Assembly: GCA_000934665.2 (NCBI GenBank)
Contig: KZ538284.1
Location: 1 to 64,000 of the forward strand
DNA: 64,000 bases
DNA from: Catajapyx aquilonaris
Lineage: Eukaryota
Direction of reading: 5' to 3'
A model generated the notes under the pieces. The model did no database searches and was not told the DNA's origin. It saw only the letters and a program-made list of their open reading frames with translations. Position 1 is the first letter of the stretch; the number at the start of each line of letters is the position of its first letter. The translations under genes were made by a program, and so were the position numbers. Positions 12,549 through 24,500 of the stretch are shown piece by piece.

Positions 12549-15500
12549 TCAGTTGAGATGGAAGCCCTTCTCTGCAGTAGCGGCCAGCAGCCTCTCTCTC
12601 ATGAGTTCCTCCGTCGGGTAGTCTGGCAGCTTGAGGTAGTGGACGCAGGTGTTGACTGACGGGTACGATCCCTCCCCTGCGTCCACTTTACGCACCACAG
12701 TCAGTCGTGGGCTCAGGTTGGCCAGTCCTCCAGGCGGAAGCGACGAGCAACCTGTGGTGAACTGCAGGAATGCCTTGCGCTCTACTGGGCTCATGTGGAC
12801 CAGCACATTCACGAACCGCTGGAACCCAGGGCTGTAAAGACGCAACCGATTAATTCTCACGACTCAAGCGAGAGGACGAATCAATCCCCGCCCCAGACTG
12901 ACCTGTCCTTCGTGTATCCTAGCTTTGGCTCTGTGTAGTTCAGGATCTCATCCCTCGTCCAACTGGGCATCTGCTCCCCGCACAGCATGAGCCTGACTTC
13001 CTCTGGGCTGAAGGAGCCCAACTTGGCCATGGGAAAGACCTGGTCGAATCCACGTCTGAAGGCCTCCACCTGCTTCCGGATACCTCGCCACAAGCACCAG
13101 TCCGTTGCAAGTTCCACGTACTCTTCCACGTTGCCCATGCCAACCTCCTCATCCTCTCCGTGAGGCCTTAGTTCTACTGCCTGGTATCCATACACCTGAG
13201 CGCAAGTTACAGAAAATTGCAGTAGACATGTCGCAGCTTATATGTATGTAAGTGAAAAGTACCTTGGATGATGGGGCAAACTGGAAGGTCAGCCCTAGAT
13301 CCCCCAGCTTCACGGCTGGACCTGGAGGCTGCCCGGCTGGTTGCGGCAAGGCCAGGTTCTGCAGCTGGTGCAGCCTGTCCTCCTCCGACAGCGCTCGATC
13401 CCTCAGGATGGCCTGCTTACGAGCCGACAGCTCCCTCAGCTGCGCCAGGAAACCGGCATGGTATTCGTCCACCTCTTCCAGGTCGGCAGGGGTCAGAATC
13501 CCGGCAAACCATGGCCGCGAGGGGTCAGCACTGTCGTTGGAGTCAGCGCATGGTCTGGCTTTTGGAGGATCAAGCTCCAGCTCCTTCTCGCTCTCCTCGG
13601 ATATGTAGGATGAGGACATGAGGTCATCATCGTTTCCACTACCAGGTGCGGAGGTCGGGGGAGGAACAGAGAGCTGTGAGGATGGGGTGGACGTGGAGGG
13701 TGAAGCGGCCAGCGAGAACCTCCTGGCCCTCTGCCTGGCGTCAGTGCCTACGTCGCCCTGGCACATGAGCTTGAGGAAGGGTCGCGCTAATGGCAAGTCC
13801 ACTAAGCGATTGTCCTGCAGCACCTTCGCCAGGAACACTCCTAGCAGGTGGTACACACGGCAAGCACGCTCACAAGCAGGACTGTCTTGCGGCAGAGGAG
13901 CAGGGAACAACCCGTGCACACGATGGATGTAGTACCTGTAAACAAATTTAATGTTGCAAAAAGGCATCGACTACTTCCCATATAATGATCGCTTACCCAG
14001 GCGGTTTGACACCGGCAGATCCCAGATGCAGCGCTTGCAAGTTGTCTTGGTCTGGCGATCCGGCTTCAAGGGAGTCCGCATCATCACACAGCCACGATGC
14101 GAGGTCTTTCCTCTGCAGCTCAGCCGCCACTAGGGCGTAGAACTCCAGAGTGGGTCCCAGACCAGTGCCTTCCTCCCCGGAGAACTCGACTTCCAGGATC
14201 CCCTTCCGCTTGGAGTGTATTTTCATCACTTGCATGGCCCATTCCAGAAGCTCCTCTCCGCGGGGCACCTTCACTCGCTCATGCTTCAGTCGCCCTACAC
14301 GGAATTCATGGGGATCGTCCCTACGTAGCGGGGATGGCCCTCCGCCCCGGTTTCTCTCCAGGGCCAAATCCCGTTGGCTCTGCAGCCACACAATGGAGCG
14401 CGAGGCTCCGAAAGCGGTGCAGTTCAGGTACAGCTGGCGAATCTCAAATGGGAACAGCATGGGACAGGAGAAGGTCAACTCCTCGCACCACTCGGGAAGG
14501 GCCCCCGAGGAGAGGACCAGCGGGTCTTGCACCTGCTGCACCAGTTTGTTAGTCAGCTTCTTGCTAACAAACTCCTCTGGAGGAACGTGGAGGGTAGCCC
14601 ATCGTTCTTCCTCTCCTTCCTCCTCCCCCCAGTAATCCCCATCTGAAAATGCAATGAGCATGTTATTTTCTCTCACCAACAATATCTACATATGGTAATT
14701 ACATCAGCAAATTACTCACTGTAGAAGTGGTTTTTGGCATCCTTGGAGAGGGCGTACAGGTGCCTGAGAAGCTGCAGAACATCCTCCACGCTACAAGATG
14801 GTTCAGTCGAAGTTCCAGTCGGGGAGTTCTGGTTGTGGCCTGGGTTGGGAGACGCAGGGAAGAGGGAGACGACAGGCGTCTCCTCGATTTCCAGACTGTT
14901 CTCTTCATCCTCACGCACCTCCTTGTACATTATCCTTTCATGGGGGGAAAAGAAACTCTGCTTTAGACCGTGTCTTGTACAGCATTTTCTCTCTCTCTCT
15001 TCATATTGGGACATGACGTAACTTACACATATGTGGGCTCCCACACCCTCCTGAGCTTGTCCTGCCTGCTTCCCATGTCTGACGCCTGGACCAGCTGCTG
15101 CACTGACTTGAAGATGGCTGCCTCCGAATCGGTCAGAGGCACCTGAACATCAGCCACCCCTGGCAGGTTGGGACCCTTCAGAACCAGCTTCAGCTTTGGC
15201 TTAGGGCTCAGTTCTTCATCCGAGGCTGTCGACGGAGGCTCCTCTGTTCCAGGCGAGGGTACGTCCAAGTCCGTGGTTTGGTTCACGTTGGTACGTCCGG
15301 GTCTTGGGTCAAACGCAGGGATCAGAGCAGAGAACTGCCTCTTCAGGACGAAGTCATCGTCCCAACTTCGGCGCTTGCCATTGCGGCTCTCACACGCACC
15401 GGGCTCCTCTTCCCCCTGCAATTGCTTTGTGAAGCTCGTCAGGCTGCCCCACTAGCACACAAGCAAGTGTTAGCCAGAAGCATGCCAAAAGAAGTCAAAG

Positions 15501-18500
15501 GCACAACCAAGTACACCAATCAGGGAAAAAACTTTATACAGCTGGGGGGAAAAAAAAAACTGCCAAGCATTGCTCCTTAACCACTCTCTCTTGGAAAGGT
15601 ACAGTGCACTCCATTTTTAATAAATAAAACCAAGGAAAAGCATCATGACTAATGCAAGACCCCCTCGGGGAACAAGCAATAGTGTAGGCCAATATAAAAA
15701 ACAATAAGAACACTGTGCATGTACTTAGCTATTAAACTGATAAGAAAATGTATAAAACCCACCACCCGAGGCAATACAAGAAATCCACCTGCACGGATAA
15801 TAATCAGGACATAAAACGAATGGGGTAGGCGCATGTTCAGTGCGTCCTTATGGTGAATCAGGCGCGACACGTAACATTTTGATGATAATCCCAATTAGAT
15901 GTACAGTGGCTGGTTTTGATTTTCATCTTCGCTCAAACACTGATAAACGTAGACAGCTTGAGAGATCTCGTTACTCTTATACATCTGCAGCAGAAAGTAA
16001 ATGGCTCAGACGAGCCTTATCCTACACTAGAACATATTGCCATAGAGAGGGTGAAAATAATGCAAATTACATGTGTGCAACAATGCAGCTATCAAGCGTA
16101 GCATAAAATAAAGTGGAAGTTGAAGAAAGGGTTTTTTTCCCGGAAGCTGTGCGACATGTTTGAGGCTCTTACGAAACTATGTGTACGCTTCCTACAACAA
16201 TTTTTCGCCAAGATTACCTATCATAAAAAGGACAATCGGGTGGCCTACGTTGTCAAAACCTACAATTCCAGCAACGGAATAAGTGAAGCTTTTCATAGAT
16301 TTTATGCTTCATGCCTTGAAACAGCTACACAATTTGCACAAGTGCATACAAGTGACTTGTAGCATCACAAATAAACTTAAATATGCTGAGTCTAAGTGCA
16401 TTAACTCTAGTACTCGGATACCCCAAAAAATCAGCTGCTTCATTTTCTTCCTTTTGTATGCAAAAAAATATATATATCTTAAAATAGTACTGAACACCCT
16501 TAATCAAGACTATCATAATGCGCAATGAAAAAACTACCACACGAAAAGTTCAACTGGTCCTAGTTGCAGAGGTCGTACAATGCACCTTACTGTTACTAAT
16601 TTACGAAGAAAAAGGAACCGGGAATTATTAAGGCCTGGTTGCATAATCAATAGGGCATCCAAAGCATATGGCTGATAATGTTTGACCTATTGGATCAACC
16701 GCTTGTTCTGGATTTACAGTTCATCACCCGACCCAGCCCATGGTTTTTAAAAAAAACCGGTAGTTACTTCCTGCTGCAGATATCGAATCTCGTATATCAA
16801 AATTCAAAATCACCTCATGTAGACTGTATCTGGATGAAGATGCAGTGGTGGCAAGGAGACTCACCAGGGCCTCTTCGTACTCGTCATCGTCCTCGTTGTC
16901 CTCATCCTCGTCGTTCTCGTCCTCCTCAGGCTCAGGGAGCTCGTCATCATCCTCCAGCTCAGCCAGTAGCGTTGTCGCTCTGCAGCTTTCCAGGAAGTCC
17001 TGGTCATCAAGAACGAGCTGAGAGTTAGTCCCAGCCCGCTCAATTTCCTGGCAACACATAATAACCATGTCCTTTCACACCCTGCATCGCCACATCTCAA
17101 TTTTCACAGTGCATTCTGTTTACTTGCTTTATGCAAATTGGCCGATAGCAAATTACTGACTTATGCTGAATGATGCCCAGTAGCTCTGCAGTACTGGCAA
17201 CTACTATTCTGCAATGCCACATGTTTGTGGTTTCATGTGGGCCCTGAACTTCTGCTATGAAACGTAGCAGACATGCATTACTACTCATAAATTACGCATA
17301 AATTTAAACATCAGCATCACAACCTGCATTACTTTCGGTAGATTAATCCATTCGTTAAGAATCTTCTGATCATGCATTCTTTCACCTTACAGTACGTTAA
17401 CATTGCATTTGATGGCACATAAGACGCACTTTTTGCCTCAAAAAATTACATTGCATCTTAAATACGCTAAAAACATGTTTTTCTGAATACGATGGGGGGT
17501 TGCGTCTTATATGCCCGCAAATACGAAATTATAAAAGTGACACTCTAAAACCAAGGGTCAGTTATTATAAAACCAACCAAAAAAAAAAACATGGATCTAA
17601 GCTACATTGCCCCCCCGACAAACTTATTTGCAAGAGTTGGAAGGAAAAAAAAAGGTTGTCCTAAGACTCACCTCCAGACTGACCTGCTCGCTGTCACTGG
17701 AAGTAGAGGTGAGACTCATGGTGAGAGCCTGTCCCAAGCATGGCGCATTCCCAGTTGACCCTAGACCTGACCCCAGCCCAGCTCCCATCCCAACCCCTAC
17801 CCCTATACCCGAGGATACCGACCCTCCTCCTACGGAGACTGAAGACGGCCCTCCGCTCACTGGAGTGCTTGTCAGGCTGGGGTAGCTCTGCGCAGTACTC
17901 AGCAGGCCTCCTACACGCCGAGTAATGCAAGCGATGGGGGTGAAAAAAAAGGAAGTGTTTAAACATAACATCTTTGAAGCTTGCAAAGTGCTGTGATTGA
18001 GAAAGGAATTGAGGAGTAGTGATTGCGGATGAGGCTTGGTGAGAATATACCCAGCTGCGATTTCACCCACTCAGGAAATTGAAAATCAGCCCGTTTAAAA
18101 AAGAATGGCAAACGCCGTTCCTTTACATGAATATTTATGACATGCTACATTTTCTAAAATTGACCTTTATAATGTGTGCATGTTTTTTTTGTGGATCCTA
18201 AAACTCGACCACCACTTTTAAAAATCTGGTCACAATTGAGCACAAGAATACTGTACCTTCTTCGCTACTAGAGCAGATTGCTACAGTCATGTAGGGTATG
18301 TCATATTTCACGCACGCCTCATAACCATGGGACGGATGTTGGCTTAGGGATGGCGCGGACATGGTTAGGATGGTAGGAGTGCCATTGTGTGCCACATGCA
18401 TGTCTACAAAATGGAGAGGGAATAGCCAAACAAACCCATAACCAACGACCCAAACCATGCATTAAAATGTACAACAACAACAAAAGAAAATGACGATGGG

Positions 18501-21500
18501 AGTTGGAGGGAGCATTACAAACGCAAGCACTCAATGAACTCACGCACTCAACAACCAACCAACTGGAGTGTGCCCAAGCCGGCACACCGGCCTAAAGACA
18601 TAAAAATCAGCAGACGGGTAAATAAACGAATGAACAGAGAAACCACAACGTGATCTACTATTTGGTCAGCAGCGAAAAAATCTAAACATCAGCTGACAAC
18701 TTTGGCTTGGATATTTGGTTACGACGCTTGTCTGGCAGGAGGAGGTGGTGGGTGGGGCGGGGCGGGTCATGGTTTAGGTGAATAATAGAAAGACGAAAAA
18801 GACGGGGAAAAAGTGGCCTAACCTGGGAAATGAGAGGAGAGGGCCAGGTGAACCAGACTGGTGACAGAGCTGGGCGTGCGGGCCAGGATATTGGCTGCAG
18901 CCGGTATGGTGTTGTCGTAGGAAATGGGCAGGGCGGATGGCGGGAGGAATGCTCCCGGGGGTGGGGACATTAGCTGGGGCGGTGGGGCAACCCCCACCCC
19001 ACCTCCTCCTCCCATCCCCCCGACCACCATCCCACTGCCGGGGGGAGGCGGTGGCACAGCAGGAGGGTTGAATACCCCCATGGCCAGCCCCACCCCGAAG
19101 GCAGCTGCAGACGGTGGCAGCATCACTTGCGGAAGCGGTGGCGGATGGCCCGTCCTCCGCCGGGCCACGGCCACGAATGTTTCAAGCAAGTTAATGGCCG
19201 GCTCCGCGCTGCTCAGGTTGGGCACACTCACACTCATGGAGTCGTTGGTCCGAGAGGAAGGAGTGGTACGAAGGGGCGGTGGGCCTTGGCAGCCACCCAG
19301 AGCTGCGCGAATCTCACCCGAGCGGCGGCGTCCCTCCCTGGCAGCAGCCACACTGCTGCCACTCCCTGTTGTACCAGTAATACTGCCTGCAGTAACCATC
19401 GGGGATTCTGGAATTTCCTCTGAGCAAGTTTCAACCACCACAGTGGAAGAAGTGGCACTGCCCCGGGTGGTGGGAGGAGGAACCTGGCGTAGTCCCAACC
19501 CTGGTGGGAGCTCCCCAGACAAGACACAGTTGCGGTCATTGTTCAGAAGAGCCAAGTTGTCTTCGCTTAAGTCCAGGCTGCTCGGGCCTCCACGCTGGCT
19601 ACCCAAGTGGACCTGGAGAAGGACAAAACGCGTGAAAAAAGTTCAGGGTCAATTATTATGTTCAACTCGTACCTTGAGTTTGCTGCTGTAACTCATGGGC
19701 TTTGCAGGAGCCCCTCCAGACGACCTGGTGCTTCCTGATGATCCTCCCCTGGCGGCAGCAGGAGGCATGTCAGGCAGAAGTACGCCCATGGGTGTAGAAG
19801 TGTACTCGGCCTCCACAATGGTGGCCAGGTCACACACAGCAGCAGAGGCACCATGCCCACTGAGTAGCCCAGCTGTCTTCTGAGCCCTCTCTATGGCCGC
19901 CTGGATGCTCACCGAGTTGCTCTCCTCCCCCGAGAGGCTGCTTCCTAAGCCGCCTCCAAGACTGCCACCCAGGCTTCCTCCCAGGCTGCCCCCAAGGCTG
20001 CCACTAAGGTTTCCTCCTAGATTGCCTCCGAGGCTCCCTCCTAAGCTGCTGCCAAGGCTGCTGAGCTTGCTGTCACTGCTCATAGCCACCATGGCCTCAG
20101 CATTGGCTTTCGACAAGACACTTTCTGCCAGTGCTTCTGCCGCTTGCTGTCAAAGTACGAATGTCAGAATTAGTTGCGATTTACAATTGACGCTAGCAAT
20201 GATATTTTCACACTACCCATGCAGGTTTTACTATAACATTATAATTTATGTATCATCCCGAAGAGAGAGTATATTCGATACAGCAGAATACCTCACCAGT
20301 AAGGATGAATTCAAATTTATTATAGCATGATACATGAGGGGGTTAAAATCAAAAACCGACAGCTCCAGAAAATTAAAAAAAAAAAGAGTTAGCGCCGGAA
20401 ATGCATTCCACATGCCATGGACTACATAATACCTGAATATGGTATCCGTTTTTCTCCGTTACGTTTATGACGGAGCTGTCGGTTTTTTATTTTAACCCCC
20501 TCACATATCCATCACAAACATACAAGCCTGGATGGTTTTTCTCTCATGCATCAAGTCCATTGCAACAACGCATCAATACTGTGTTAACAATTATGATGCT
20601 CATTCGTAAACAAGAAATAATTCACTACAGATAATGTATTATAGATAAAAAAAATACCCTACAATACCCCAAAATTATGTATGACTTGTAATGAAAGTAA
20701 CACGTATTAACCGTACCTTGGCAGCCAGATTATCTGCAGAGGCAGCCTGATCAGTGGAGGCCACCGAGGCCTTTGCATGGCAGTCAGTGACATCAGGGAG
20801 GCTAGGGGTGGAGCTGGATTTCCGTGAAGACAACACGCTAGTGGTTGATGAATTTTTAGTCTGTTCACTTGGACCAGTCCCTGCAATGGTGGGTAGCCTG
20901 GGTGCACATCCTGATGAGCTACGCTGACAAGGAATCGCAGGAGCTCCACTGGTCTTGTTGGCCGATGGAACCATGGGTGCAGACGAGGTGGGGAGGGAAG
21001 AGGATGTGAGAGGCACTGGGACCCCTGAGGTTGGAGGAGGAGGTGGAGGGGCATGGACGTCTGGGTCGTACCCTGGGGCCAGGCGGAGATCGTACTTGCC
21101 TTCTGCACCCATTCGGTACGAGTTGGAACCTCCATGATCCCAAGTCACATCTATCCAACCTGAAAGGCCAATTGGTATCGTCACTTCCACTGAGCCCTTG
21201 TTAAATGTAACAACCACAATTTAAAAAGTCACAGGTGTTTCATCCCCAACAGTGAGTGCATCAATATCAAGATACCTCACCAGTAAGGATGAATTAAATT
21301 TGTTATAGCATTACTTCTTCCCTCACAGACATAAATCCGGAAGGCGTATTTCATGCATCTGTCGATTGATTAAAACCCAACATCATTCCATTGACTACAT
21401 TATGCACGTCTCATCACAAGTCTTACCATTATGAAGCTCCCCGGTGACAGTCCCTTCCCCAGGTGGCAGCCCATCTTGATCCCGCCACTTCCAGTCAATT

Positions 21501-24500
21501 CCCCTGACTACCCTTGCTCCAACAACCATGTGTTTGAGAACTAGTGTGCGCAGCTGTCTCCTCTGCCTGCGAAGATTGGCCTCGGCTTCTTTCACTGCTT
21601 TGCCCAAGTCTTCACACACTCCAGTCACAGTTCCGTACACTTCAAACCCAGACAGGCTCAAGTAGTGTGTCTGCCCTGAAGCATTCTTCCCCATCTGCTG
21701 CAGGCGGAAGTGCCTCCACCCCTGCGTCTCGTCTGAAGGGGGCTCCAGAGGCCATGATGCTGTGCTGCCTGGTTCATTCAAGGAGCAGTCATCCGAGTGG
21801 GTGTACAGAGTGGTCCAGGTGACACCATCCTTTGAAACCTGCAAATCCAATCGGTGGTTAGCCTGACATTTCCACAGGCACTGTGTTCAGAAATGGGACG
21901 TGTTTCATCTCCAACAGTGAGTATACTGATACACAAAATATCTCACCAGTAAAGATGAATGTATAGTTAATATTGCATGTTAAACAGGACCCCCAAAGAT
22001 AAAAACATCTTGGTGGCAATAATTTGTTTCATGCTTCAGCAACCAGTTTAAGCTCCAGTTTTAAAACCAGACCTCATTACAAGTACATTTGAATTTCAGC
22101 CAGATAATACTTCATCAAGTAGTGTTGCAGTAAATAACTTTGCATTATTTTTCACGGAAATAAACACACACCTGGAAGAGCCAGTTTCGGAGTGCAGAGC
22201 GCCCATATCCTCTTGCATGACGCAGAGTGTAGCAGGTGGGAATTAGCCAAAGGCCCAGGTCAAGGGCAAACCAGGCTCTCTTGTCGTCATTTGTGTGGCA
22301 GTTGAGAGCCGAGGCATCGCGGCTCAGGACATCCTCCAACCGTCCATAGGGGAGGTTCCGGCCCTCGGAAGAAGTCACCACCACTAGCCCATACTGTGCT
22401 GGGTTCACCCACTCGGAACTTGTTCTGCAAGGACAAATCACTTGCATGATAAGTACATGTCGTTAACTGAATTGTCAACTTAAAAGTATCGCTAAATGCA
22501 GTTAAGCTGAGTGTGACTTGAAGCGAACATGTTATCACTTTGGGAAATGGAAGGAGATTTACAGTTTTAAAGAAATGCAGATAAGGGGCATAGGAATGAA
22601 AATATAACACTGACTTTGCATTAGTTCCAATCCAGTAGATAACACCATTGTCATCAAAGTCATGTTGATGCCTGAAGGAGAGGGATCTTCCTTCCCTCAG
22701 CTTGCGGACAAAGGCAAAGGTGGACCGGTCGTAGTCGTACCACTGCTTTGCCACCATTTTGAGCAGGAAGTGCTCCAGTTGGGACACAGTCGTGAGGGGC
22801 TCCATCTTGAGGGATCGGCCCGTCCTGTCCAGCAGGGAGCTCTCCCCAGGTGCCTTCTCCAGGCGAAACCTCAACCGGCGGGTCAGAATCTGCAGGCCAT
22901 AACCTGACCCAGGTGAGTCGTACAGGTACACAGGAAGCTTCTCAATGGACTCCAGCACAGCCACCAGCTTCCGCACCAGTGCTGTGGCAGGAGGTACCCC
23001 AGATCCAGGCCCACATCCATCTTCCCTGGCCGAGGCCTCTTTCAGGCACTCCCGAACCACATCTAGTCTCTGTCTCTGCAGACGGGCTTCTCTCTTGGCA
23101 CTGCGCAATTCCTCCACTTCTGACAATCCAGTTGCACTTTAATGAGGGAAGACGCATATCAACATTTTGTTTCTTTACACTCGACTAGTTAAAGTTAATG
23201 ACAACTAGGTTATACCTGTGCGTGGCAAACAAGGCCAGAAGTGCCTGCACCAGCCCGCTGGAGTGCAGTTCGTAAGCAGAGATGACGCTGTCCTCAGCCA
23301 GTAGTGGCAGCAGCTGGTGAAGAGCTTGCCGAAGAGCTTCCCGCCACTCGTCTCTCATCTCCCTGTTGTTCATTCGTTGCTTATGGCAGGCCCTCTCCAA
23401 CTGAGCCACTATGGCCCCCAGTTTGGCAACGACACCTCTGGGCCTTGCCCTTGCTGCCCTGAAGTGCTTTTCGTACACGTCTGCTGCCTGAGATCGCACC
23501 TTCTGCTTCAGGGCTTCCATCTTTGATCGTAGCCTCCTACCACGCCTTCCTGCCCAACCAGCAGAAAACTCTGGGCCCAGAGATGTCTCCGCCGTGAATG
23601 AGTGCTTCGTCCCACGATTAGATTCAAACACAAAGCCTGCCACATCCTCCCGCAGTATTGTCACCTGCAATGAAATCGCAGCAGTGATTAGAAACTAAGA
23701 CAAAGGTCCAAGTGCAAGGCCAGACTAATGAGTTTCACATCTTAAGTGACACTGGGTACATTTATGCCATTTGTACTATGCAGATTGTATTAACCACATC
23801 TAAAAATTAATCTGCGCAAAGGCTTTTTTACTATTAAAAATTAAGTCAAATTAGCTTACGTCTTGTAATAAATATTATGCCAGGCAGTCATTTCTTGGCT
23901 TTACATACTTGAATAAGACACAAACTGTACGATATGAATTGATTTAATTAATTTTGAGTAAATTTTGCCCTTAAATTTTGACGATGGGTCAGCTTTCCCT
24001 TGAACGGAACCATTACAAACAGTAACGAAACTTGATGCTACTGTTTCTAAGGACTTATTAATTCTTCTCCCCCTCCCCTCGCCTCTTATCTTATCAAGAG
24101 GACGGACAGCTGCTGGCATACACACACATTCCGCAACAATGCTCAACTCACATTGGCCTGCTCTTGAGAACACATCCTCACCTGCTGCTGTCCGTCTGAG
24201 TTGAGTATGTGCAGTTCTCTCTCCTTTCTGCTGGTGAGGGACCAGTTGCCCACAACCAGACGGGTGGGTCCTGGCTGGCTGAGGATGGGCTGACTTGGGC
24301 TGCCCGACTTCACCTGAGCCCTGGCTCGCTGCAGCTTCTCCAGGAACTCCCCTCGGTTCTCTGCAAAACGCACAACTGCTCCCTCGTCACCACACCATCG
24401 CTACTGTCTCATGCACTGTGACCAGATCTCTTTAGCACAGTGTTCTGTACAACTTACAGTAAGCAATTCCCATCAATTTACAAAAATGCTATGCACCAAC

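Noticed and set aside
18924..20330. Long plus-strand ORFs (255 aa; PPRL-repeat 145 aa) and similar antisense ORFs over other genes
   Set aside because: Shadow frames of GC-rich HECTD1 (and other) exons on the opposite strand
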